Source of the DNA: Vulcanimicrobiota bacterium
Lineage (GTDB): Bacteria > Vulcanimicrobiota > Xenobia > Xenobiales > JADMJV01
Reading direction: 5' to 3'
Assembly: GCA_050250895.1 (NCBI GenBank)
Contig: JBFWNU010000002.1
Location: forward strand, 1-64,000
DNA length: 64,000 nt
Part shown: positions 18,547 through 28,820 of the stretch, one piece after another
How positions within the stretch are numbered: position 1 is the first letter of the stretch
How the letters are laid out: every line of letters begins with the position of its first letter
Program-made: the position numbers and the translations under genes
Notes under the pieces: generated by a model
Database searches by the model: none
Seen by the model: only the letters and a program-made list of their open reading frames with translations
What the model was told of the DNA's origin: nothing

Positions 18547-21455
18547 CGCCGTTCACCTCCCGCCGTGATGTGATGGGTTACCGGGGGCGGCCCCACCTGA
18601 ACTGCTGCCTCACTGTCGTTGGCCGCGCCATAGGCCTGCACCATGGCGCGGGTTAGAGCGTCGTCTCCCTCGATCGCTTTGGGCACATAGAGGGATGCCT
18701 GGTTGAAATACGGATAGTAAAGGAAGTCGTGGGTGCGAATCGAGCCGTGATAGGACATCAGCGTGCCCACCGTCAGGCCGGCCTGGCTGACCAGGTCCTG
18801 GTCGGCGATGAACATCCCGCTCACCTGACGGGCCTGGTTGCCGATGGTAATGGTCCGGCCATACACGAGCAACCCCGCGTATTCCTTGAGGTACTCGTCA
18901 GCGTCGAGCACGTTGGTCACTTCGAGCAGCCGGCCCAACAGGTCGCGGCCGTGGTCACCGACCCGAGTCTCGAAGTCTTGTACGAAGTCGAGATAGAACT
19001 TCTCGATGTCGTCTTCGTTCGAGTCGAGCTCGTTGGCGATGGCGTTGGCCGTGTCGACAATCGGGCCAAAACCGCCGGGAGTCAGGATGCGAGCCGCCTC
19101 GTTGACCAGCTTCTGGCTGACTTCGTCGATAGCCCATTGGATTGCCCGCGTCTGCAGTTCTTCAGCGAACTCCTCGACCTCGGCCTGGATCTGTTCCTGG
19201 TCGAATTCACCCGAGGCGATCAAAGCCTGGGCGTCGCCGGCCGCAACCACGGCCGCCCCCAGGTCCAGTGTCAAAGCCATGGGCACCACGCCCGTGCCGA
19301 AGGGCCACCAATCGGCCTGGGGATAGAGATTGTCGCCCACCGTGAGATTGAGTCCGCCGGTGTAGGCAAAGCTCAGAGCTCGAGCCACGAAGACCAGCAG
19401 ATTCTCTTTGGGCGAGGGGATAGGAGTCACCACCACGACCGGCGGGAACGGGATGGTCACCAGTTGGAAAGTGGTCGCGTAACGCGCGAAATAGGGAGCG
19501 CGCAGATGGAACGGTCCGGCCAGCTTCGAGAACAGCGGAGCCACCTGGCCCAGCAGTTGCTGGACGGTTTCGGCGCCGCTGGCGGTGCCCGGCAGGTCGA
19601 GCGCCGCAATCAAGTCGGGAATGGTGTGGCCCGAGTAGATACCGAACGGGATGCTCACGTCGCCGTCGACCAGCAAAGCCGCGCTGATGGGATGAATCTC
19701 CTCGGGCTCGCCGGCCACCATGATCGAGCCGAAGCCCGACGAACCCTGGCACTCGAAGTTGCCTTTGACAATCAGACTCGAGCCTTCTTCGAAAAAGACG
19801 CGTCCACTCGGCTTGAAGGCGTTGGAGATCGAGGGAGTGGCCACCGGCGAGACCACCCTGAGGTTGCCGTTGACCACCATGACCGTGCCGCGCTGGAGCC
19901 ACAGGTCGCCCCGCACCTCCATGTTACCGTCATAGCGCAGGGTTCGGCTGGAGGGAACGGTCCAGGTCGAACGTGACACAAACGTCGTCCCGTTCCACTC
20001 GAACTGGGGCACCTCGTCTTCGGGGCCGTAGTGGACCACCCGCACGTTGCTGCTGATGGCCGCGGCTACCCCTTTCAGGTCGGCCCCGCCGGCCACGGCC
20101 GTGACCAGATCAAACATCTTGCCGATGGTCTTGGAGTAGTTCCAGCCCCATTGGCCGTCCCGGCCGGAGGGGTCCTCAGCCCGGGTTTGGGGCAGCGACG
20201 ACATGCCCGAGCCCAGCTTGCCGCTGGCGATGTCGCCGGCTTCCTCGGAAGAGTCCTCCAGGAAGTCCTGGATATCCTCGAACTTTTCGAGGGCATCGTC
20301 GTAGGTTTCTTGAGCCTCCTCCAGAGCGTCCTGGTTGGCCGCGGAGGGATTGGCCGCGTACGCCGCCTGAGCCGCCTCAAGGGCCGCTTTGGCGGTCTCG
20401 AGCTGCTGACGGGCCTCTTCGAGCATTTTACCCGCGTTGGTCTGTTCGCTAGCGATGTCGGTCAGTCTGGCCAGGTCGGGGTCATGCTCACTCGAAAAAC
20501 CCAGGTCGGGCTGGAACGGCACGTGCAACCAGATCTCCCAGACCACCCCGGGCACCACGATGCTGGCCCCCGGAATCATCGGCACGGGAAAGTTGAAAGC
20601 CTGGTTCACACTCAGCAGCGTCTCGGGATCAAAGCTCGCGCCAAACAACACGTCGAGCATGTCGCCCAGTTCCATGTGATTGCTGAACAGGCCCGTTTTG
20701 TTGCCCGTCGCGGCCGAGGCCGTCAGACTCAAATTGGCATTCTGCAGCTGGCTCATCAGGTTGTCTTCGTAGGCGGGTAGAGGCAGGGTGCCCACGAACC
20801 CCAGGCCGGCGCCGTCGCCAATAGCCACTTCGCCGCCCTGGGAGTGGGCCTCGCCATAGGCCATCTCTTCTACCTGAATGTCACCCTGGGCCCCCAGGAT
20901 GGCCGGCACACCCGAGTAGGCGTCGGTCGAGTCGGTGGAGTCGTCGTGGGCCGGGTTCTGCCAACCCATCACTTCGCCCACCCGGATCGCTCCTTTGGGC
21001 GCATAGGCGGCGTAGCCGGGGATGTCGCTTTCGACAGCCTGGTAAGAGTCGCGACGCACCCCGGCGTAAACACCGCTGGTGTCTGGCTTGAATTCCAGGT
21101 AACGGTGGGCGTGGGCGCTCTGGGCGGCTTTCAGATCGGGCAGCCCGGCCCAGCGTCCGTCGGCGCGGGTGAAAATCTGTTGGGAGTAGTTCTCGGGGAT
21201 GGGATGGGAGGAGTCGTCGGTGACGTCTTCGATATCGGCAAGCACTTTCAGTCCCCACGGTTGAGGGGTGCCGAGCAGGCGCTCGCGCAGAGCGAAGTTG
21301 CGGCCTTCGCGGAATCTCAATTCGGCCTCGGTGCGCATCACGGCGGACTTGGACACGACTTGTTGGTGATGGAGGGCCACCACCATAGTCAGCAGGACGA
21401 ACATCGTTCCTACCACCCAGAGCAGTGTGCTGCCTCCGCTAGGATAACGTCGCAT
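18543..21455 (-). CDS. Large PilX/PulK-like protein (~970 aa)
   Basis: MRRYPSGGSTLLWVVGTMFVLL resembles a PilX N-terminus without Glu5. It is first in an overlapping operon with two prepilins. Confidence 0.65.
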   Translation of the reverse strand: MRRYPSGGSTLLWVVGTMFVLLTMVVALHHQQVVSKSAVMRTEAELRFREGRNFALRERLLGTPQPWGLKVLADIEDVTDDSSHPIPENYSQQIFTRADGRWAGLPDLKAAQSAHAHRYLEFKPDTSGVYAGVRRDSYQAVESDIPGYAAYAPKGAIRVGEVMGWQNPAHDDSTDSTDAYSGVPAILGAQGDIQVEEMAYGEAHSQGGEVAIGDGAGLGFVGTLPLPAYEDNLMSQLQNANLSLTASAATGNKTGLFSNHMELGDMLDVLFGASFDPETLLSVNQAFNFPVPMIPGASIVVPGVVWEIWLHVPFQPDLGFSSEHDPDLARLTDIASEQTNAGKMLEEARQQLETAKAALEAAQAAYAANPSAANQDALEEAQETYDDALEKFEDIQDFLEDSSEEAGDIASGKLGSGMSSLPQTRAEDPSGRDGQWGWNYSKTIGKMFDLVTAVAGGADLKGVAAAISSNVRVVHYGPEDEVPQFEWNGTTFVSRSTWTVPSSRTLRYDGNMEVRGDLWLQRGTVMVVNGNLRVVSPVATPSISNAFKPSGRVFFEEGSSLIVKGNFECQGSSGFGSIMVAGEPEEIHPISAALLVDGDVSIPFGIYSGHTIPDLIAALDLPGTASGAETVQQLLGQVAPLFSKLAGPFHLRAPYFARYATTFQLVTIPFPPVVVVTPIPSPKENLLVFVARALSFAYTGGLNLTVGDNLYPQADWWPFGTGVVPMALTLDLGAAVVAAGDAQALIASGEFDQEQIQAEVEEFAEELQTRAIQWAIDEVSQKLVNEAARILTPGGFGPIVDTANAIANELDSNEDDIEKFYLDFVQDFETRVGDHGRDLLGRLLEVTNVLDADEYLKEYAGLLVYGRTITIGNQARQVSGMFIADQDLVSQAGLTVGTLMSYHGSIRTHDFLYYPYFNQASLYVPKAIEGDDALTRAMVQAYGAANDSEAAVQVGPPPVTHHITAGGERR

Positions 21456-21800
21456 CGGGGTCGCCTCCTTTCTTCTAGCCAGACCGCACGGGACGCACCA
21501 AAGCAAGAGCGAGGCTTGGGCAGGGGGTCGCGAGCGATCGTCGGGGCGCGCTGGGGCGCCGGCAGTCAAGCCACTGCGCGGGCTAGATCACGGTCGTGGC
21601 CAAGGGTAGGCTCCGACGGACCGTGCAGGCCGTAGGAGCGAAGCCGGTCGATGTTCGCATCCAGGCCCAAAGACAATCTCGACTAAGTTTGACGCGCAGG
21701 CCGTGAAATCCTTCAGCACCGAGGTGCTCGCGGCTTCAGCCAGCGTTCCGGGTGGTAGTCAACTCGCTGCCGGGGTGGCATCCCGGCCTGGGCCCGGCCT

Positions 21801-21836
21801 TTGACATCTTGAGGCCTGGAATGTTAGCATCTTGAT
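21801..21836 (+). promoter_or_regulatory. Sigma70-like promoter and probable autoregulatory operator of vapBC
   Basis: TTGACA (21801), 18 nt, then TAGCAT (21825) with an extended TG. catcttga occurs twice and catc-tt-gatg is palindromic. The GTG start is 6 nt downstream, suggesting a leaderless transcript. Confidence 0.55.
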
Positions 21837-22082
21837 GTGTCGAAACGAACTACTCTAACCCTTGATGACGATGTTGCCCTGCAGTTAGAACGCGAAGCTC
21901 GCGAGTCGGGCCTCTCCTTCAAGGAGGTAGTGAATCGGGCTATTCGAGCAGGTCTGTCCAGACGGGTTCGTCAGCAGAAGCCCTTCATCGTTCAGGCTCG
22001 TCCCCTCGGGCTTCGGCCTGGACTAAGCTATGATGACATCGAGGAACTTCTCGAGGTTGGCGAGGGCGCCGACCATCGATGA
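21837..22082 (+). CDS. vapB: VapB-type ribbon-helix-helix antitoxin
   Basis: RTTLTLDDDV...SFKEVVNRAIRAGL; overlaps the PIN gene. Confidence 0.85.
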   Translation: MSKRTTLTLDDDVALQLEREARESGLSFKEVVNRAIRAGLSRRVRQQKPFIVQARPLGLRPGLSYDDIEELLEVGEGADHR

Positions 22083-22510
22083 ACCTTGTCGATGCCAACC
22101 TGCTCCTCTACGCCTATGACAGCTGCAATCCCCGTCACGGCCAGGCTCGGGCCTGGTTGGAGCACCTGCTGAGCCAGGACGAACCGGTATGGCTCTGCTG
22201 GCCGGTCGTGTTGGCCTTTCTACGCATCTCCACCAACTCGCGGCTCCTGGACCAGCCCCTCGATCCCGAAGAGGCGTTCGCCATTGTGGATTCCTGGCTC
22301 GAACGCGACAATGTAGCCTGGGTTGGCCCCGGGCCGGGCCATTGGGCAGTGCTCAAAAAGGTGATTCGTGAGGGTCAGGCTCGAGGGCCGCTAGTCTCTG
22401 ATGCCCACCTGGCTGCACTAGCCCTCGAACACGGAGCAACGCTGCTCTCCTCCGACCTCGACTTTGCTCGTTTCTCGGGGCTCAGCTACACAAATCCCCT
22501 CACAACCTGA
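22079..22510 (+). CDS. vapC: VapC PIN-domain toxin
   Basis: Motifs LVDANLLLYA, FLRISTN, DAHLAALALEHG and DLDFARF. Confidence 0.9.
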   Translation: MNLVDANLLLYAYDSCNPRHGQARAWLEHLLSQDEPVWLCWPVVLAFLRISTNSRLLDQPLDPEEAFAIVDSWLERDNVAWVGPGPGHWAVLKKVIREGQARGPLVSDAHLAALALEHGATLLSSDLDFARFSGLSYTNPLTT

Positions 22511-22557
22511 TCGGGTGCCACGTTCGAGGGCTCGAGGTCAGCCCCGATGGACCCAGC

Positions 22558-25152
22558 TTACATGGCTCGTCGCGGCAGCACAAAACGAAAGTCGGAGCCT
22601 TCGACCCAGATGCGTCCTCCGTGGGCCTCCACCAGACCCTTGCAGATCGACAAGCCGAGTCCGGCACCGCCGTCGGCCTTTCTCTGGCCACGGCAGAAAC
22701 GCTCGAACACATGCTCTCGCTGGTCAATCCCTACCCCCGGGCCCTCATCCTTCACCGAGAACTCCACCTCTCGAGCGTTACACTGGACAGACACGGTGAT
22801 TTCTCCCGAGCCGTGCTGGCTGGCGTTCTCCAACAGGTTGGTGAGAACTTGCGAGATGAGGACGTAGTCCATCGAGACGAAAGGAAGATTTTCGTCGATG
22901 TGAACCTCCACCCTGGCTCCTCCCACGCGCCGCCGGTAGGCTTCGACCGTGGTGTATACCAGGTCGGCCACGTCGCAGGCTACCAGATTGGGATTCATCG
23001 CGCCGGCTTCGAGGCGGCTCATCTGCAGTAGATGGGCGACCAGGCGGTTGAGACGTTCGGCCTCAGCCAGCGCATTGCAGATCATGTCGCGGCGGGCAGG
23101 CTCGTCGAGTTCGATCTCGGGCTCGAGCAAAGTGGACAGGGCCCCCGTGATCGACACCAGGGGAATGCGCAAATCGTGAGAAATCGAGCCCAACAAGGCC
23201 CTCTGGAGGCGCTCAGCCCCTTTTACCAACTCCCGGTCGCGATTGGCCACGGCCAGACGAACTCGGGACAGGGTGCCGCCAAACTGCCCCAGGATGGCTT
23301 CCAAGAGTTCTAGATTTTCACCCACCCGGACTGCCTCAGGCAGGCCAACCACCCCCAGGCAACCGTGCGGACCTATCACGGGATGCCACTGTCTGGTCGC
23401 CCCGGCCAGCGTATCGGTCCCCCTCCCGGCGCGTTGACAGTGCCGGAAAGACCAATCCGCCACAGCCTGCTCGGCTTGCTCCAGCGAGCTAGACCGAAGA
23501 AGGCCTGTCGGCTCGCTCGCCAGACAAACGACGGCCGCACCGAAGAGCTTTTCCACGTGGCCAGCAACCGTGTCGATCACTTCTTGCTCGTTGGTTGCTC
23601 TGGCCAGCTCGCGAGTCAGACCCAGGAGCGTCAGGGCCTGAACCTCTCGCGATCTCGACAGTCTCACCGTCGCCTGGGCTCGGGAGGTGAGATGGCTGAC
23701 CAACAGGCCCGCCAGCAGGAGGCCCAGGAAGGTCAGGAGATACTCGGGGTCGGCCACCTGAAATGTCAGGCGGGGAGGGACGAAGAAGAAGTTGAAAGCC
23801 ACCACGCTGGTCACCGAGGCCAGAAACGACGGTCCCCGACCCAGGTAATATCCTGCCCAGACCACCGTGGCCAGATAGAGCATCACCTGGTTGGTTGGTT
23901 CAAAGCGTGGGAGAATCGGCTGCCCCAGCAGGGTGGCCAGGGCCACCAGAAGGATCGCCGACAGATAAGGTGACACGGTTGCTCGGGGGCGCAGCCGGCG
24001 GCGAGGAGCGGCCTGAGTCTCTCGTTCGCCCTCACCGATTACGAAGATGTCCACCCCGCGGGTCTGTTGCAGAATCTGGTCGACCAGGGTGCCTCGCAGC
24101 ATTTCGTGCCAACCCCGATGCAGCGGTTTTCCCGCCACGATCTTGGTAACGTTTTCACGACGAACGAACTCGGCCACCTCGGCCACCATCGACTGGCCTG
24201 TGAGGGTGGTGACCTCAGCCCCCAGGCGCGTGGCCAGTTCGAGGTGGCGGGTGACTCGCTCGCGTTCAGCCGGGGAGAGTTGGTCGGTGGCGATGTGTAG
24301 CGCCACCCAGGGGGCGTCTAGAACGTCGGCCAGTCGTTTGGCCGCTCGTACCAATCGTTCGCTGAGCGGGCTGGGGCCGACACAGACCAGCAGGCGCTCC
24401 CCGGCCGGCCAGGGGCCAGGGATCGAGCGGTGTCGCATGTAGGTGCGCACATCCTCGTCCACGCGACGAGCGGCCTCGCGCAACACCATTTCGCGCAAGG
24501 CCGAGAGGTTGCCTGGGCGAAAGAAGTTCGAAACGGCCCGTTCCGCCTGAGCCGGCACGTAGACCTTGCCCTGTTCCAGGCGGGCGATCAGTTCCTCCGG
24601 GGGAATGTCCACCAGCACCAACTGCGAGGCCTGTTCCAGGACAAGGTCGGGGACCGTCTCGCGAACGGTGACTCCAGTGATCTGCTTGACGATGTCCCCA
24701 AGGCTCTCGAGATGCTGGACGTTGACGGTCGTGTACACATCGATGCCCGCTTCCAGCAGTTCCATCACATCGTGATAGCGCTTGGGGTGGCGGCTGCCCG
24801 GCTGGTTGGTGTGAGCCAGTTCGTCGACCAGGATGACCTGGGGAGCGCGAGTCAGCGCCAGGTCGAGGTTGAACTCCTCGAGTTGGACGCCGCGGTACTC
24901 GCTCTGAGCCCGGGGAAGGACCTCCAGGCCGTCGAGCAAGGCTTCGGTTTCCTGGCGGCCGTGGGTTTCCACCAGCCCCACCACCACATCCACCCCGCTG
25001 GCCGCTAGTTGACGAGCGGCCGACAACATGGCGAAGGTCTTGCCTACTCCGGCCGCATAGCCCAAATAGATCTTCAATTCGCCGCGTGTCTCGCGCAGCT
25101 GCGAAGCGGTCAGCCGGGCGAGCAACTGGTCTGGGTCCGGGCGTTGGTTCAT
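22558..25152 (-). CDS. kdpD: K+-sensing histidine kinase KdpD
   Basis: LKIYLGYAAGVGKT, DELAHTN, Usp domain, four TM segments and the H-box SHDLRIP. Confidence 0.95.
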   Translation of the reverse strand: MNQRPDPDQLLARLTASQLRETRGELKIYLGYAAGVGKTFAMLSAARQLAASGVDVVVGLVETHGRQETEALLDGLEVLPRAQSEYRGVQLEEFNLDLALTRAPQVILVDELAHTNQPGSRHPKRYHDVMELLEAGIDVYTTVNVQHLESLGDIVKQITGVTVRETVPDLVLEQASQLVLVDIPPEELIARLEQGKVYVPAQAERAVSNFFRPGNLSALREMVLREAARRVDEDVRTYMRHRSIPGPWPAGERLLVCVGPSPLSERLVRAAKRLADVLDAPWVALHIATDQLSPAERERVTRHLELATRLGAEVTTLTGQSMVAEVAEFVRRENVTKIVAGKPLHRGWHEMLRGTLVDQILQQTRGVDIFVIGEGERETQAAPRRRLRPRATVSPYLSAILLVALATLLGQPILPRFEPTNQVMLYLATVVWAGYYLGRGPSFLASVTSVVAFNFFFVPPRLTFQVADPEYLLTFLGLLLAGLLVSHLTSRAQATVRLSRSREVQALTLLGLTRELARATNEQEVIDTVAGHVEKLFGAAVVCLASEPTGLLRSSSLEQAEQAVADWSFRHCQRAGRGTDTLAGATRQWHPVIGPHGCLGVVGLPEAVRVGENLELLEAILGQFGGTLSRVRLAVANRDRELVKGAERLQRALLGSISHDLRIPLVSITGALSTLLEPEIELDEPARRDMICNALAEAERLNRLVAHLLQMSRLEAGAMNPNLVACDVADLVYTTVEAYRRRVGGARVEVHIDENLPFVSMDYVLISQVLTNLLENASQHGSGEITVSVQCNAREVEFSVKDEGPGVGIDQREHVFERFCRGQRKADGGAGLGLSICKGLVEAHGGRIWVEGSDFRFVLPRRAM

Positions 25153-25239
25153 TCTCTAGCAGCCTTTGTTCCGCCGTTAGCATAGGTCATGCGAGGTCAG
25201 CGTCGGGTCAAGTTGACCGGGCCAGACCTCAAGAAAGGG

Positions 25240-25938
25240 TTAAGGCCCGGGAGGTGGTTCTGGGAGCAAGCGGTAGCCCACGCCGATGGCCGTCAGAATG
25301 AGTTCTGGACGGGTCGGATCGTCTTCGAGCTTCTGACGTAGATTTCGGATGTGAAACCTGAGCGCGGCGCGTCGCCCCGGGAATGCCCTACCCCACGTCG
25401 AGCGATAGAGTTGGCCGTAGGTGAAGACCCGTCCGGCTTCACTGGCCAGCACTCGAATCAGCCGATACTCGGTTGGGGTAAGTGATACTTCACGGCCTCG
25501 GCACCAGACCCGTCGCGACGGAAAGTCGATCTCTAGCGGACCGGAACGAAATCTCGCGGTGTGAGCCCCACGAGCGCGTCGCAGCACAGCCCGCAGACGA
25601 GCCAGCAACTCACTTGCTCCCAGAGGCTTGACCAGGAAGTCCTCGGCGCCGGCTTCGAGTCCCTTCACGATCTCGTCGGTCTGGTCCCGAACCGAGACGA
25701 TGATAACGGGCACCCGCGTCCACTCTCTCAAGCGTTTGAGCACCTCCAGGCCGTCCATGTCCGGTAGTCCGAGGTCGAGCAGCACCAGGTTGGGCGCCTG
25801 GTCTCGAACGGCCCGCAAGGCCTCGGCGCCAGAGGCGACCGCCGTCAAGGAGAAGCCGGCTCCTTTCAGGCAGGTCTGGAGGAACTTGCGGACCGAGTCG
25901 CTATCTTCGACCAGGAGAATGCTTTCGGGTGATGACAC
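25240..25938 (-). CDS. kdpE: OmpR-family response regulator KdpE
   Basis: LLDLGLPDMDG...LREWTRVPVI, LTPTEY and LRQKLEDDPTRP; adjacent to kdpD. Confidence 0.9.
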   Translation of the reverse strand: MSSPESILLVEDSDSVRKFLQTCLKGAGFSLTAVASGAEALRAVRDQAPNLVLLDLGLPDMDGLEVLKRLREWTRVPVIIVSVRDQTDEIVKGLEAGAEDFLVKPLGASELLARLRAVLRRARGAHTARFRSGPLEIDFPSRRVWCRGREVSLTPTEYRLIRVLASEAGRVFTYGQLYRSTWGRAFPGRRAALRFHIRNLRQKLEDDPTRPELILTAIGVGYRLLPEPPPGP

Positions 25939-25945
25939 GGGCGCC

Positions 25946-26716
25946 TCAGAAACGAGTGGAGACTCCGAAAGTGAATCCCCAGTCCAGTCCGCTGGAAGAG
26001 AATCCTTTGAAGACTGCGGCGTCGAGCTGCAGGTCGGGGTCGACCAGGTAGGTGACCACCACGTCTGCGGCCGTGGTAGCGGGTTGCCCGGGGGCAGCCG
26101 GAGAGAAACCGGCGAACTCGAAGTAGATGCTCGACTTGTCGGATAGGGGAGTGCTCACGCCGACAGTGCCGAACGTCTGGAGGACCCGGTCGCGACCATC
26201 GCCTGGAGAGAGCGCACCAAGGTTGATCAGCAGTCCGGTGGAGTCATCGAGCGGGAAGTCGGCGGCCAGGCTCAAAGACGGTACCAAGCCCGGTGCTCGA
26301 AAAGTCCTGCTGCCGCTCGGCACCTGCAGCGAACCTACCAGGCTGAGCGAGGCGCCGGGCTCGCTCAGGAAATTCCACTTGAAACCCGGCGCCAGATCGC
26401 CGACTCCGAGATTGGGATCTTGATAGTTGAGCAGGTTGGTGGCCAGGCGGAACTCCAGGTCGCCGGAGGTTCCAACCCTAAAAAGCAGCGGGGTTTGAGT
26501 TAGCGTCTGCCCGCCCGCTTTCGTGGTGGTGACCAGCACGCCTGACTCCAGCGACGCGACTCCATCGCCGACCACCTTGCTCCCGTTACCGAAGCTAGGC
26601 CGGTCCACGATGATGGTGGCGGGGCGTCCGGGCTCCGTCTCAGACTCACTCTCCTGGCACCAGGCCGGCCCGACCGACAGGCCGAGCAGCAATAGAATAG
26701 ATACAATCCTCTTCAT
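25946..26716 (-). CDS. Putative outer-membrane beta-barrel (MetA-pathway/'transporter' family)
   Basis: Signal peptide, DRP motif, amphipathic strands and a terminal Phe (FGVSTRF). Confidence 0.65.
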   Translation of the reverse strand: MKRIVSILLLLGLSVGPAWCQESESETEPGRPATIIVDRPSFGNGSKVVGDGVASLESGVLVTTTKAGGQTLTQTPLLFRVGTSGDLEFRLATNLLNYQDPNLGVGDLAPGFKWNFLSEPGASLSLVGSLQVPSGSRTFRAPGLVPSLSLAADFPLDDSTGLLINLGALSPGDGRDRVLQTFGTVGVSTPLSDKSSIYFEFAGFSPAAPGQPATTAADVVVTYLVDPDLQLDAAVFKGFSSSGLDWGFTFGVSTRF

Positions 26717-26938
26717 TGGAAAGGGCTCCTTGGGTGAGATGTTGACAAACCTCTGGTTTGCCGGATGATCCTAGCTCCTGGCGCCTCAAGCGAGGATGAA
26801 CGCAAAGACTTTTTGGCTTAAGGTTCCGTAAAGGCGGGGGCGTCTTAAGCCTTTCTTGATCCCTGGAGGCTTGCGCTTGAGCCGCCATTGACCAGTGAGT
26901 GTCTATAATCACCGCACACACAGAAAGCGAGGAGACTC

Positions 26939-27031
26939 ATGACTGCACTCTACTGGATAGGCCTCATCGTGGCCCTCATCTTGTTCATCTACCTGCTGGT
27001 AGCCATGCTCAATCCGGAGTCCATGCAATGA
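26939..27031 (+). CDS. kdpF: K+-transporting ATPase subunit F
   Basis: Not in the ORF track. Translates as MTALYWIGLIVALILFIYLLVAMLNPESMQ with the YL..A...PE motif and an AGGAG RBS. Confidence 0.85.
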   Translation: MTALYWIGLIVALILFIYLLVAMLNPESMQ

Positions 27032-27129
27032 GCAGTCTACTCTATCTCTTTCTAGGGCTCTCGTGCTTTGCCACTCTCTTTGGCTTGACCGAAGTGGTAG
27101 CCCGGACCCAATCCCAGGAGCAACCATGA
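27028..27129 (+). CDS. 33-aa hydrophobic peptide between kdpF and kdpA
   Basis: MSSLLYLFLGLSCFATLFGLTEVVARTQSQEQP, with ATGA overlaps to both kdpF and kdpA. Confidence 0.6.
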   Translation: MSSLLYLFLGLSCFATLFGLTEVVARTQSQEQP

Positions 27130-28799
27130 ACGCCATTCTATTTATCTTGCTGATCGTGGGGGGCACGGCCTTGCTCTCGTGGCCCTTGGGCGCGGCCATG
27201 CATTGGGCCATGGACCCTGGCATCGATAGCGGGCCCTTGAGGCAGCGCTTGGACCGGTTGTTTCTCGCCGTGGCCGGCGAGCCCGGCCGGCAGCAGCAGG
27301 ACTGGAAGCGATACCTGGTCGCCATGCTGGCCTTCAACCTGGTGATGTTCGTGGTGAGCTTCACCTTCATGACGCTTCAACAACACCTTCCCCTCAACCC
27401 CGATGGGAAGGGCGCCATCGAGGGAAGCCTCGTTTTTAACACGGTCGCATCGTTCACCTCGAACACCAACCTTCAGCACTATTCGGGAGAGGTTTCCATG
27501 AGCTACCTCACCCAGCTGTGCTCGCTCATGTGGTTGCAGTTCGTTTCGGCAGCCACGGGACTGGCCGCTTTGACCGCTCTGGCCCGGGGGCTGGCGGGCC
27601 GCCCCAATATGGGCAACTTCTTCGTCGATGTCCAGCGGGCCGTGTTCTTGGTTCTGTTGCCCGTATCGCTGGTGGTGGCCACCTTGATGGTGCTGGCAGG
27701 CGTGCCGATGACCTTCGACGGAGCGGCCCTGGCCACCACTCTCGAGGGTGCCCAGCAGACCCTCTCGCGCGGTCCCGTGGCCGCCTTCCTGGCCATCAAG
27801 CAACTGGGCACCAACGGAGGCGGCTTCTTTGGTCCCAACTGCACTCACCCATTCGAGAACCCGAGCTTCTGGGCCAACGCCCTGGCGATGGTGAGCATCA
27901 TTCTCATTCCCATGGCCTCGGTCTGGATGTTCGGACGCATCGTCGGCCGCCTCCGGCACGCCGCCGTTGTCTTTGGGGTGATGATGATGCTGCTACTGGT
28001 CAAAGTGGGGGGCGCCGTATGGTTCGAACAAGCCCCCACCCCGGCCTTCGCCCGGCTACCCATCGAGCAGACCACCGCCAACCTTGAAGGTAAGGAGCTA
28101 CGGCTGGGCTCGACCACCGGTCCGCTCTGGAGCGTGCTCACCACTTCCACCAGCAACGGTTCGGTAGGGGCCATGCACGACAGCCTCAATCCTATGACGG
28201 GACTTTTCCCGCTGGTGGGAATGTGGTTGAACGCCACCTACGGCGGAGTCGGCGTCGGAATGATCAACATGTTCGTCTACATCATCCTGGCCGTCTTCAT
28301 CGCCGGAATGATGGTAGGTCGCACACCCGAGTATCTCAACCGGCGGGTGGAGGCACGCGAGGTCAAACTGGCTGCCCTGGCCATGCTGGCGCACGCCTTT
28401 TTCATCCTGGTGGGAACGGCGGTTTTCGCGGTAACGCCCTGGGGAGTCGACAGCCTGAACAATGGCGGACCTCATGGGTTTAGCGAGATGCTCTACGAGT
28501 TTAGCTCGGCCAGCGCCAACAACGGCTCTGGCTTCGAGGGGCTGGGCGACAACACTCCGCCCTGGAACATCGCCACTGGTGTGGTGATGCTGCTGGCGCG
28601 GTTTATTCCCATCATCTTGCCGCTGGCCATCGCCGGCTCCCTGGCGGCCAAGAGGCCCACCGCCCAGTCGGCTGGCACCCTGAGCGTCGAGGATGGCACC
28701 TTCGGAATCATGTTGGTGGCCACCATCGTCATCTTCGGGGCCCTCACTTTCTTTCCGGCGGCTGCCCTGGGCCCCATTGTCGAACACCTCCTCATCTAG
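27126..28799 (+). CDS. kdpA: K+-transporting ATPase subunit A
   Basis: Motifs SFTSNTNLQHYSGE, IKQLGTNGGGFF, SNGSV and SANNGSGFEG. Confidence 0.97.
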   Translation: MNAILFILLIVGGTALLSWPLGAAMHWAMDPGIDSGPLRQRLDRLFLAVAGEPGRQQQDWKRYLVAMLAFNLVMFVVSFTFMTLQQHLPLNPDGKGAIEGSLVFNTVASFTSNTNLQHYSGEVSMSYLTQLCSLMWLQFVSAATGLAALTALARGLAGRPNMGNFFVDVQRAVFLVLLPVSLVVATLMVLAGVPMTFDGAALATTLEGAQQTLSRGPVAAFLAIKQLGTNGGGFFGPNCTHPFENPSFWANALAMVSIILIPMASVWMFGRIVGRLRHAAVVFGVMMMLLLVKVGGAVWFEQAPTPAFARLPIEQTTANLEGKELRLGSTTGPLWSVLTTSTSNGSVGAMHDSLNPMTGLFPLVGMWLNATYGGVGVGMINMFVYIILAVFIAGMMVGRTPEYLNRRVEAREVKLAALAMLAHAFFILVGTAVFAVTPWGVDSLNNGGPHGFSEMLYEFSSASANNGSGFEGLGDNTPPWNIATGVVMLLARFIPIILPLAIAGSLAAKRPTAQSAGTLSVEDGTFGIMLVATIVIFGALTFFPAAALGPIVEHLLI

Positions 28800-28820
28800 G
28801 CTTGTGAAAGGACGCAGCCC

